Assembly: GCA_951406725.2 (NCBI GenBank)
Contig: OX597822.1
Location: 21,762,001-21,826,000, forward strand
Length of the DNA: 64,000 nucleotides
From: Octopus vulgaris
Taxonomy: Eukaryota
Direction of reading: 5' to 3'
Shown here: positions 1 to 12,399 of the stretch, one piece after another
Numbering within the stretch: the first letter of the stretch is position 1
Layout: each line of letters starts with the position of its first letter
Notes under the pieces: generated by a model
What the model was told of the DNA's origin: nothing
The model's database searches: none
Seen by the model: the letters and a program-made list of their open reading frames with translations, nothing else
Program-made: the position numbers and the translations under genes

Positions 1-2130
1 CTACCTGTTACACTTGTGGTTATTTTTGAAAAGTCCTCATTTTGGTGCACTAAATTACTGGAAAATAATACTGTAGAAAATAATTTGAGATTTTATTAGA
101 GAATACTACATACTCATTTCCATTAGCAGTACAAGAATTTTTAACCCGGTATCAACAATCTTATGATTTTTCCTTTTGTTATAAATATAATTGCTCATTT
201 GTTTATTTTCATTATTAAATTCACCTATTCTTGCTATTTTGTCAACTTGAATATTTGATTTTAAATCCCTATTACTACATTTGTTATAAGTAGATTTTAT
301 AGTGCTAGATTTTAGGTCTGCAATAGCAAAATTACTATTTAAATCTGATTCAATATTTAACTTATTAAGCTTAATTCTGAAGTGCCTAGTTATAATAATC
401 TTCATTAAGTTTTGAAAATATTCTCATTGGCTGATAATTTACTTATTCTTGATGAAATGTTCTTTATTGGTGAGTTTGTTATGAATTTGGGATGATTACT
501 TCCAATATTTATATATTTTATGTTTTCATTAGGTTTATGAAAGGGTTTATAAATTCCTTTTTAATTTCCAGTATAACAACTAAGAAGTTAACAAAATCAT
601 GTTCATCCTCTCGACAAACCTATATTTTTTAAAAACTTAAGAAATTTCTTCTTGTATATTTCCAATATTCTACTAGATGTGTTTACAATTTTGAAAAGCA
701 CATTTTCCCTGTATAAATCTCCTGCTATGTCAGGGAATTCCCTATTTAGAGAAAACAATGTATAAATTCCTACCAAATCAGTAACTTGCACTGAATCCAT
801 AGAACCCATAGTAATGTCAAACATATTTGGTCTAACCTTCGTAATTCAATATTTATTCTCAAATTTAATGATAGATTTCCTAGCCTCCAAAATAACATCT
901 ATTTCATCCCTAGTTATGTCTAGATTTTTCTTTGCAAACATCAGTGCCTTATTAAGTAGTATTGGGTTTATAGAAGCACAGTAATTTGAAATATCTATCT
1001 GGATGAATTTAGTTTTATTCTTAATTTGTATTTGTGTAAATCAGTTAATCACTTCATTTGAACTGGACCAAAGGTTTAGCTTTATTACATTCCTAAGTTT
1101 CGGTATATATTCATCTAATATGAATTAACTAATTCTATCCTGACCAGATTTAGGAGGACGTATAAGTCTAACTGTTGGATTTGCATCAAAGTTCGGTTTA
1201 TGGTCCTGACAAATAATTTTTGGTACCTTTGGTTAATAAGGTTCTGTTTTATCTTCCAAATTATATTTTAACAAAATTTCTTTTACCTGAAGGTTTAATT
1301 GTTTCAGGTTTTTGGAATCCATAATCATATAGTCTTTAATTATCTCTTTCTTTAGAAGTGAGTGGTACATTGATTAGTTTAAATGGTTAAGGCTATCCAT
1401 TTTATCAGCATGAGCCAGAATACCATCTTTATTCAAAAGTTCTTTAGTTTAAGTATGCAATTCTTTAAGGTGTTTGTTCATCCTAAGAGGGAATTTATGG
1501 AATTTTACATTTTTAACAATTCTCTAGAGTTCATCTTCGAAAGGGGCCAGATGTTGGTTAGGGTTAGGGTTAGTGGTGGATATCATCTTGTTATAAAATT
1601 TTGCTGTATATAGTTATCAATTACCATATTTTTAAGATGTTCTTTATTATCATGAACGTAGGCTTTCCATCTCATACAGTGTATAAAAGTAGGGATGCTT
1701 CAATGCTTATCACCTCCATCATCAAGTAAAAAGTTTTGTTAGCTTGTTGATTAATGATAATAACTAAATTAGTAAAATGTAAGGGATTACCCCCAAAACA
1801 ATGACCAGTTTGCTCTCAGTTAGGTATTGAAAATATGTTATTCAACAGTTAACATATAAATCGAATGAAGTTCTTATAAGATAAAAAGTTAGTGGAATAT
1901 TCTGTTGCATAATTCTGAATATATTTCCTTAACCATACAGGTTTCCTGGAGTATAAATATTGACAATATTAAAAATAAGGATTACTCAGAAGTTGCAATA
2001 GTATTACCCTTAATTCTATAATTCTATGCCACCTTTTAAGACCAACACATGTTTCAATTTCACCGATTAGTATTCATTACAACCCTACTATGAAATAGTG
2101 CAGTCTCTTCAGGGTCTTAACTTGATATCC
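1..2130 (-). mobile_element. Decayed Penelope-like retroelement (Naiad/Chlamys-type RT) with upstream hammerhead-bearing terminal repeat; runs off the window start
   Basis: Minus-strand fragments with stops and frameshifts: DHKPNFDANPTVRLIRPPKS, KFIQIDISNYCAS, FDITMGSMDSVQVTDLVGIY...GDLYRENVL (cf. MGSYDGAEVCELVG...GLYRDDGL), YKPFHKPNENIKYINIGSNHP. Confidence 0.85.
2036..2120 (-). ncRNA. Type I hammerhead ribozyme motif, long decayed stem II
   Basis: Minus strand: ttaagacc CTGAAGA gactgcac...gtgaaatt GAA ACA-TG-TGT T ggtcttaa. Stem I is a perfect 8 bp; triplet GUU. Confidence 0.7.
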
Positions 2131-2151
2131 CTTGGTATGGCTGTATTTATA

Positions 2152-2579
2152 TCATCATCATCATCATCATCATTTAGCGTCCATTTTCCATGCTAGCATG
2201 GGTTGGACGGTTTAACTGGGGTCTGCGAAGCCGGAAGGCTTCATCAGGCCCAGTCAGATTTGGCAGTGTTTCTACAGCTGGATGCCCTTCCTAATGCCAA
2301 CCACTCCGTGAGTGTAGTGGGTGCTTTTTACGTGCCACCTGCACAGGTGCCAGACGGAGCTGGCAAACGGCCATGAACGGATGGTGCTTTTATGTGCTAC
2401 CGGCACAGGGGCCAGGCGAGGCTGGCAACGGACACAAACGGATGGTGCTTTTACGTGCTACCGGCACGGGGGCCAGTCGAGGCTGGCAACGGACACAAAC
2501 GGATGGTGCTTTTACGTGCTACCGGCACGGGGGCCAGTCGAGGCTGGCAACGGACACGAATGGATGGTGCTTTTACGTG

Positions 2580-2580
<1 letters not shown>
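2152..2580 (-). mobile_element. RTE LINE 3' end/UTR with ~60-bp minisatellite and (ATG)n tail
   Basis: (CAT)n then ttagcgtccattttccatgctagcatgggttggacgg. About four units of ggatggtgcttttacgtgc...ggctggcaacggacac. The same sequence is joined to an RTE ORF end at 47935-48670. Confidence 0.75.
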
Positions 2581-3443
<863 letters not shown>

Positions 3444-4839
3444 GTGCATGTATTTGTCGTGACTGTGTTGTGAAGATGTATGCTTCCCAACCATGTGGTC
3501 TTGGGTTTAGTCCTAACACACATCATCTTTGGCAAATGTCTTCTACCATAGGCCCAAACCAACCAAAGCAAAAAATAACATGGTAAAAGATTTTATTTTT
3601 CATTCCCTTCAAAAATTGCTATTAAATGTGGTTTTGATCATTTTGACTGCTTCTTCTAACATCTAAAAATTACCTGCTAACGGTAGTTTTCTTTTGTGTT
3701 TAAATGTACACTATTTTATATTGAGAATATGTTGTCTGTTGACTATTTATACATGCTAGGCCACTGGTGGTGATATTTCTAAGAATATTCGCTACCCTAT
3801 ATATGTATCTTATGTATATATATATATATATATATATAAACACACATACATATATACCTACATACAATATAAAGTATTCAGATGAATCAGGTACTTAAAA
3901 GATAGGCATCAGGTAGGGTCAAAATCAACTTGTAAACAGCACCTTTAATTGAATCAGGTGGTTGCTAGTCTTGCTGAAGTTTTTTTTTATTCCAGAAATT
4001 TCCTTCTCTTATGTGGGTTGTCTTCACTATGACTGGTGAGCACGATCTACCTTTAAATATATTCGGAAGCTGTTGATTCTCCTGAGTTCCTCTGCCATGT
4101 GACAGGTCTTGTTTTGCATTCTGTAGGTTGTGCAAAGATTACCCTCCTCGATTTAGTTTTTATATATGTATATATTATATGTATACATGTGGCTATATCA
4201 TTCTCTTTCTCATTATTGTTATCATTTCACATCTGTCTTCTATGCTAGCATGGTATCTATGGCTGGATGCTCTTACTAATGTCAACAGCCTCACTCAGAG
4301 TACTGAGAGACTTTTATCTAGTACCAGTACTAGTGAGGTTACCTTCTAACTTAGAAGATTAAAGATTCCTTTCAACTGAGTTGGATATAGTAGAGATATA
4401 GGCAGCTTTATAGTAGGTGTTGATAAGTTAATGTATAAAAGAAAGAACAAGAAAATGTTCCTTGCTGCAGAGATGATGTATGGCTACCTTGCATTATATA
4501 AGTATGCATAGGCATAAGTGGAGTGAACCTGAGAAGATAGCTGAAGGCGTTGGTAATGAGATATCTGAGTGAGCTTGCAAGGTGTAAAATGGTGAATAGA
4601 AGAAAAAGTAAGGATTGAAGAGTGGTTGTAAGTGAGGGGGTAGAATGAGAGATGATAATAAATGGACATAGATGGTCACTGTGGTGAACAGTGAACAAAA
4701 GTAGTGGAGTTAGTTAATGCTAATTATGAGTAGGAGGAAGAAGAGGTGACAAACATCAATACAGAAAATATGAAGAGCATCATCATGTTTATAAAGGTAA
4801 TAATAGCAATAATAATTATAATAATAATAATAATAATAA

Positions 4840-5225
4840 TAATCCTTTCTATACTATAGGCACAAGGCATGAAATTTTGATGGAAAGGGACTAGTCAATT
4901 ACATCAACCCAGCGCTAAACAGCACTTATTTCATCACCCCTGAAAGGATAAACAGTAAAGTCAAACTCACTGGAATTTGAACTCACAACGTAAAGCTGGA
5001 AGAAGTGCAGATAATCATTTTAATGATTGTGCCAGTTCACCACTTCAATAATAATAGTAATAATGATAATCCTTTCTACTATAGGTACAAGGCCTAAACA
5101 ATTACATCAACCCCAGTGCTCAAAAGGATGAAAGGCAGAATTTGAACTCAGAATGTAAAGACTGATGAAAAGCCGCTACGCATTTTGCTTGGCATGCTAA
5201 TGATTCTACCAGCTTGCTACCTTTA
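4840..5225 (-). mobile_element. Two decayed copies of a SINE with a ctttcatcctttc-type central domain and (ATT)n tails
   Basis: Two copies of cctttctactatagg(c/t)acaaggc...gaaaggat...gaatttgaactca; similar to 15755-15935. Confidence 0.6.
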
Positions 5226-5255
5226 TAGTAATAATAATAAAATTAATAATAATAA

Positions 5256-5294
<39 letters not shown>

Positions 5295-5527
5295 AGGAGA
5301 TATGAGAAGGATGAGAGAGAAGTGATGACTAGTGGGTGGTGGGTGAGAAGGCTACAAGTGCGAGTGTATCTATCTCTCTATCTGTCTGTCTGTCTGTTTG
5401 TCTGCAAGATGGCATCCCTACATGGCTGCATTTCAATAACTGTATCCTTTAAAAATTATGAAAGAATATCACAATGAAAAATATTGACTCATTTTTTCTC
5501 TTCTACACTCCCCGCTCTATATTTCCA

Positions 5528-5532
<5 letters not shown>

Positions 5533-5606
<74 letters not shown>
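5533..5606. repeat. (CT)n microsatellite
   Basis: Pure dinucleotide tract. Confidence 0.95.
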
Positions 5607-5610
<4 letters not shown>

Positions 5611-6118
5611 CCATCTCTATTCCAATATATCTCACTAGATTATCTCTGTGATGTATTGAATATTCATAATTTTGGCATAGATGATTTTTATTATCTCATG
5701 GCACATTCTTATTTGTTCCTGATTGTTGAAACACCTGCACTGATAGGTCATGTACTTATATGGAATTCATGACCTACCATCTACACACACAAAGACCCAT
5801 ACATACACAACCTGGAAAAACAACAAAAAAACTACTGCTTTTTTTAAAACCCTAACAAAGATGAAAAATGTAAAACACAACAGGATTGATTAGATTCAAT
5901 AGAGAGAGAGAGAGACTGCAGCTTTCAGGTGACTGAGCTTCCTTGCGTACAAAATGTGTTTCAGTGCTTTTGCAGATAAGATCACAGTGTATAGTTGTCT
6001 ATAGCTTGGATAAATGGATATATAAGTCAGTGTGTATGTATGTAGGTGTATATATATATATATATATACACACACATGTATTATATTAATACATACATAT
6101 ACACCTCTCTGTCTCTCG

Positions 6119-6155
<37 letters not shown>

Positions 6156-6237
6156 TATACACACACAACTATGCTAATACATTATGTATATACACACAAA
6201 AATGCATATATATATATAGGTATGTACATACATATAT

Positions 6238-6286
<49 letters not shown>

Positions 6287-6381
6287 GAGAGAGATATATA
6301 TATACATACATACATATATATTTATGAATATGCACAAATATATTAATATATTATGTATATACACATGACTTGCATTATATA

Positions 6382-7457
6382 CAGGGTGAAGTGAATAAAT
6401 TGTCGAAGTTATGCAGAAATGAAAATAACACTGGCATCTCATTTTCACATATATATCAAATTTACATAAAAATATCTTGAAATATTAAAGAGTAAATTCA
6501 TTCAATAAAATCGCCATTGGCGTCAACCATGGCCTCCAGACGACTTCAGAATCTCCTGCAACTCTTCTGGGCAGTCTCCTTGTTTAAGTTAGTGAATGCT
6601 GCCATAATCCTTCCCTTCAATTCATCCTTGCTGTTACAATGAGTTTTCTTGGTCTCTCACTCAAATGTGTGCCACACATTATAAACAAGAGATTTGCAGT
6701 TTGGTGAATTAGGTGGCCTGATGTTAGGGGTGATGTGGTCGCAGAAATTGTCTGACAGCCATGACTGGGTTCTCTTGTTTGTGTGGCATGTTGCAGAGTC
6801 TCATTCTTAGAACATGTTTTGGGACACGGCAAGTCAGTGGTTGTTCTGTGAGTTCACCAATTGATCCTAGCACCAATTTTTCTTGTCTGAGAAAAGCCAA
6901 GGCAATTTCTGTTGGAGGGGATGCTTGAGTTTGTTCAAAAACGTAGTATGGTCTTTCCTTTTGTCCTTGATAGCTTGAGATAAAAACTGGCCCTTTCTCA
7001 TCTTTTATGAGGAATACTGAATGTCTTCATGCACTATCTGCTTGATAACAAGCTCAGACACACCCATGGACCTGGTTGGCTTGGAGAGATCGTTGTCAAT
7101 CATGGCCTTGATCTCAACAAATTCAGGAATTCTTTTCTTATCAGAACGATCAGAGTGAGTTTTCTAAGCTGCTGTATCTTCATAATCAACATTAGACTCA
7201 TCCAACTCTTTCCAAATCCTCTACACTGTCCTCAGATTGACACCCAAACACTCTGAAATGTTCGTATTTGAGCTTCTGGTGTGAATGTCAAGCAGTACAT
7301 CATGTCATTTCAAAATTTCTGGCTGAGTGAATTGCGTCATGGTGCTGTTTTTCTCACTGACAGTGCTCAACTGTGTAGTTGACAAAATCAAAAACAAACA
7401 ATGTGCATGTACAAAATTAAAAATATAAAATGGTGACAATTTACCCATCGCATCCTG
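6382..7457 (-). mobile_element. Decayed Tc1/mariner-superfamily transposon (maT/DD37D-like)
   Basis: Imperfect TIRs CAGGGTGAAGTGAATAAATTGTC / CAGGATGCGATGGGTAAATTGTC. Minus-strand remnants WPPNSPN... and the C-terminus SRLEAMVDANGDFIE*. Confidence 0.8.
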
Positions 7458-7481
7458 TCTGTATGTGTATGTATATATATG

Positions 7482-7521
<40 letters not shown>

Positions 7522-7667
7522 TGTATATATATATATATATATGCATGTATATATATATGCATGTATATATATATATATATATGCATGTATATATATATAT
7601 ATATATATGCATGTATATATATATATATGTATATATATGCATGTATATATATATATATATATATACA

Positions 7668-8915
7668 CAGGGTGTGTAAGGTGTTTGAGGACAGATTTAT
7701 GTTTATAAAAAAAAAACAGATATATAATAACAGATAATAACTTTATTTATCAAAGAATGCTATGAGGATAAAAATGAACCTTTTCTATAATGTTATTCAA
7801 TAAAGCCACCTTCAGTTTCAATAACTGCTTCTATATGAGATCTGAATCACCTCTATGCTTGGATCAAATGGTCTTGATTCATTTTGGACATTACTCTGCT
7901 TATGGCAGCTTTCAAAGAATCTTTGGTGCTTTGTGGCATTTTCATTGACCTCTCTCTCAACAGCACCCCTCATGAAATAGTCCAATGAATTGAGATCTGG
8001 AGAATTAGGAAGCCAAATGTTAGGAATTATGTGATCATGAAAATTTTCAGCTATCCATTCCTGTGTTACTAGAGCCATATGTGATGGTGCAGAGTCTTAC
8101 TGAAACACATATGGCCTTTCATTGCATACACTGTCTATCCAGGGCTTAACAATTATTTCCAGGACCTCAATGTAGGTAGCAGTTAACTCTAAGGTCTTGT
8201 GGAAAGACGTAAGGAGGCATTACATGTCCTTTTTGCTGACAACCTCTAAAACCATGACAGTTGCAGGAAATTTTGTATGCATAACGTTTGGAACTTCAGA
8301 AGAGTTTGCACATAACCATCTGTCATTTCTTCTGTTAACTTTTTGTTCTTGGTCAAAGTTAAGTTTTTCTGGTTTAAGAAAAACTAAATCAAATCTGCTG
8401 GATTTTTCAGTTTGTTTAAGAGCCTTTTAGATCTAATGTAGTGATTTTCTTTTGCTTTTTCTGACAAATTGACCTTCCCCCATCATATAAGACTTATATC
8501 TGATGTCTTTGTGGACAACATTTCTGACTGTTCCTTCTGACACATGGAGATCTTTTGCAATTGACCTTATGAACTTTCTGGAATTGTAATCAATGGTCTG
8601 TTGAACTTGCTGGATAAATTCAGGTGTTCTGATGATTTCAGAGCGTTTAGAATGCTTTTTATGCTTTGATACTGGTGATACGTTTCCATTTTCAGTCTGT
8701 AGCTTCTTACAAACTCTGTAGACGAAAGATTTAGCAACTTTTAAAAATCAAGGTATTTTTAAATCGCTATGCTCAGCCTTTATAACCAAAATAACAACAT
8801 GCCTCTTCATTTCTAGAGTAAGCTGAGGGTCTGCCATTATTATTTTCTGAAACAAAAATTATACAGAGTTACCAAAAAAACAGCAACGACCCAATAAAGT
8901 ACCTTACATTCTCTG
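7668..8915 (-). mobile_element. DD37D (maT-type) Tc1/mariner transposon
   Basis: Imperfect TIRs CAGGGTGTGTAAGGT / CAGAGAATGTAAGGT flank a transposase pseudogene. Confidence 0.85.
7793..8837 (-). pseudogene. DD37D transposase pseudogene
   Basis: N-terminal HTH region (RSIAKDLHVSEGTVRNVV) and DSAPSH...WLPNSPDLNSLDY, with 37 residues between the last two catalytic Asp. Ends GGFIE*. Contains stops and frameshifts. Confidence 0.85.
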
Positions 8916-8925
8916 TATGTGTGTG

Positions 8926-8966
<41 letters not shown>

Positions 8967-9258
8967 GGATGGGTGGATGGATGTACATGACACACACAAT
9001 TGAATACATGTGTATTTGATTGTGTTTCTCTATGTGTTTGCATATTCATGTGTAACCATCAAAAGTAATCGGGCATTCTCTCTCTTCTGTATTGGATACA
9101 TTAAATTTTCTAATATGCACATGCACACATATGATTACATCTAAAAATTCATAAGTACTTAAGACAGGAATACAGGGGAAATTTATGCAGAGTATCAGGT
9201 GTAGACTATATGTAGTCTATTGCATAGATGTATATATGTGTCTGTGCATCTGTATTTG

Positions 9259-9306
9259 TGTAGCTGATGAGTGCTATTAGGCTGATACTTGAAACTTACT
9301 GTCAAC
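9259..9306 (+). ncRNA. Degenerate hammerhead-like motif
   Basis: CTGATGAgtg...tacttGAAActtactGTC. Core boxes are present but stem I pairs poorly. Confidence 0.35.
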
Positions 9307-9439
9307 TTTTTCCTTGTAAAAGTAAAATGAATATTTTTTTGACATGAAAGTTATTAAATGGTCCTTTAGTTTCATGTTTGACTCTTTTTATATGTAGCTG
9401 TATATATAAAACAAGCATCAATGCATGTATGTGTGTGTA

Positions 9440-9620
9440 TACTCTCTTTTACTCTTTTACTTATTTCAGTCATTTGACTACGGCCATGCTGGAGCACCAC
9501 CTTTAATCGAGCAACTCAACCCCAGGACTTATTCTTTGTAAGCCCAATACTTATTCTATCGGTCTCTTTTGCCGAACCGCTAAGTGACGGGGACATAAAC
9601 ACACCAGCATCGATTGTCAA
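9440..9620 (-). mobile_element. Octopus-type tRNA-derived SINE, 3' half
   Basis: (ACTCTTTT)n tail plus cagtcatttgact...ggagcacc...gccgaaccgctaagt; same family as 16097-16522. Confidence 0.85.
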
Positions 9621-9785
9621 GGTTGTCTGCTTTGGCATGGGTACTGCAGGCTGGATGCACTTCTTAATCAGAGTATAATAGGTGCTAGTTTCATGAATGG
9701 GGTATATCATTGAAGGATGTGAAGGTATGATAGAACTGGAGAACAGGTGCTTTGCTGAAGAGGTGAATAGATGTCTTCTCCTGTC

Positions 9786-9819
<34 letters not shown>

Positions 9820-9849
9820 TGAGTGAGTGAGAGATGATATATACATATA

Positions 9850-10140
9850 CCACTGTATCAACCAGACTATTGGATGTTTTTATACATCACTGATCATAAT
9901 GTGCTTTCTTATATTGTTGTAGCTTTTGAATGGCACCACTCTGCTGGCTAGGTGGGCAGGCCAACATTCTCCACTAACTGAATGCTAGTTCATTGCAGTG
10001 TACCCCATTTACAACCAAGTGAGCTGGAGCAACATGAAATGAAGTGCTTTGCTCAAGAACATAGGGCACCAACAGTCTGGGGAACTGAAGCCACAAAACT
10101 GAAATTGTCATAGCAACATCCTAACCACTAGACCATGTAT
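9850..10140 (-). mobile_element. Decayed tRNA-derived SINE (family of 18378-18686)
   Basis: Reverse-complement similarity, ending in the taaccactagaccat head. Confidence 0.55.
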
Positions 10141-10249
10141 GCACACACACACACACACTCATCCACACACACAGACATACACATTTGTTTGTAATATATT
10201 TGTTATAATTTTATATCGATATCTGAGGCTTCCCTGGTTTGGATGAGTT

Positions 10250-11190
10250 TTCTCCAGTGCAGCTTGTCACCATTTATTCCAGGTCTTTCATATTACCTCC
10301 ATGAGATATTCCTTCAACTCTCTTTTTCTTTCTCATTCTCTCATATTATATTGAATGACACTTTTTTGTTTACCCAAGTGTCATGGCACTTTGTTTTTAT
10401 TCAACTGTCATTTTATACCCAACTGTATCAGAAGAAAGTGTTTTCTCTCCATTTGTTTTTTTATTATATTATACCTGCATCTTCCACAGTACCTTTAACT
10501 TCTGCTGTTCATGCGCACAGCATTGCATCCAGTGGAACATTCTCACCTCATATCTGTCCAATTTTGCACATTCCCTACTTTTAGTCTCCATGTTTCACTG
10601 CCTTACAACATTTCCTTTTATACATGAGCATCTTAACTGTCCTTCATTTCTTGTATGTAGTTGTTCTATGAAATTTATCTCTCTCTGTCCCTATTCTTAA
10701 TCTGACTGCTATACTTTTGGAATGCTCTCCTTCACTGATTATTTGGTCATCTTTGCAACAGAAACTATCAATTATTCTTAGAAGCATTGTAAGCATTTAA
10801 TAGAATTTACTTCGTGAGAGTAGGTACCATTTACTACCCCTGTGCATTGGCTATTGACAAATTTTTCTCTACCGTCTTCCCTGTGTTCTCACTGCACTGC
10901 TTTTGCAACCATAGTTTACATTGTGTATAGAATTCCTTCCCATTCTATTTCTGTATGCTGACCATGACCACTTTCCAGGGTTCTGGTTTTGTTTTCTGCC
11001 AACAAAAGCTTTTGTCTTTAACAGGTTTACTTTGAGGCCTCTCATTTCTCAGCATGGGTTCCATATTTCAATTTATAACATACAGGATTTCTCATGGACA
11101 GCTAGCTTTAAATTCTGTTGCTATGATGTGAAGATCTGTAATAAACCAGAAGAGGTTGTAAATGCCTGCTTGTTTGCTATGTTCCTTTCT
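10250..11190 (-). mobile_element. Decayed RTE LINE fragment (RT C-terminal half with PHD-like insert)
   Basis: Minus-strand remnants GRNSI...WLQKQCS and KLDRYEVRMFHW; homologous to 34962-36065. Confidence 0.65.
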
Positions 11191-11515
11191 AAATCATGGG
11201 AAAATTAAAATTGAATTTCAGTCCTTGGATGGACTTGATATCGCTAAAAAAAATACAGGTGTTTGTCAATTATGAATGTACAGTGTAAATACCAAATCAT
11301 GAATAAATATGGATGTGCTCATGCATGTACAAATGCATATCCACTGCTAAATATAAGATGGGCAAGATTAGCTAGAGAAATCAACCACTGTACAGGCAGT
11401 TTGTGGCACCTTAGATCATTTGCTGCACATACAATCTCTTATCTACACATACAATCTCTCTTCCACTTTGAAAGAAAAACTTTTTATTACCAGGAAAAAT
11501 AATAGCTCTTCAAAC

Positions 11516-11657
11516 TATATATGTGTATACACATAATAGTTTTAATGCATTCAAATGAAGTGCTTTGCTCAAGAACATAGGGCACCAACAGTCTGGGGAA
11601 TTCAAACCACAAAACTGAAATTGTCATAGCAACATCTTAACCACTAGACCATGTATG

Positions 11658-11722
<65 letters not shown>

Positions 11723-11855
11723 ATTTGTTTGTAATATATTTGTCATAATTTCATATCCATATCTGAGGCTTCCCCGGTTTGGATGAGTTTGGATGTTCTT
11801 GAGCAAAGCACTTCATTTGAATGCATTAAAACTATTATGTGTATACACATATATA
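11516..11855. repeat. 63-bp perfect inverted repeat enclosing a duplicate of 10037-10250
   Basis: 11516-11578 is the exact reverse complement of 11793-11855. 11553-11790 duplicates 10037-10250 with several substitutions. Confidence 0.9.
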
Positions 11856-12399
11856 TGTTCATGTGTTTGGGTTTGTTCCCCCAGTGCTTGGCAACCAGCA
11901 TCCATTTCTCTACATCTCCATAACTTAGCAGTTTGGCAAAAGAGACTAATAGAAGTACAAGACTTCAGAAAATATACGTACAAGGATCAATTTGTCTGAT
12001 TAAACTTTCAAGGTGGGGCCCCCTGGATAGCTACAATCAAATGACTGAAACAAATAAGATATATTTAATAATGGGAAAATGCACTGATACTGGATGACAG
12101 AACTTCATGATACAACCAGAATGTACATTATCCAACTAGGTTTCACCTTTTTAAAGCCAGTCATGGCTTTGTAATTGATAATATAATAATTTCAGTTCTA
12201 GATATTGTTGAAAATAATGTCGGGAAAATCAATGAATATATATTAACAGTAACAAAGGAGGTAATAGATAAAATATTCAATTCTCTTTAATTAATAATAA
12301 TGATAATACAAAATATATATTAATTACATGTCATATTAAAGATTAATTATACATAATTAAATGTGGTCAGTACTTTGAAATGAATGTATTCTCCTTATT

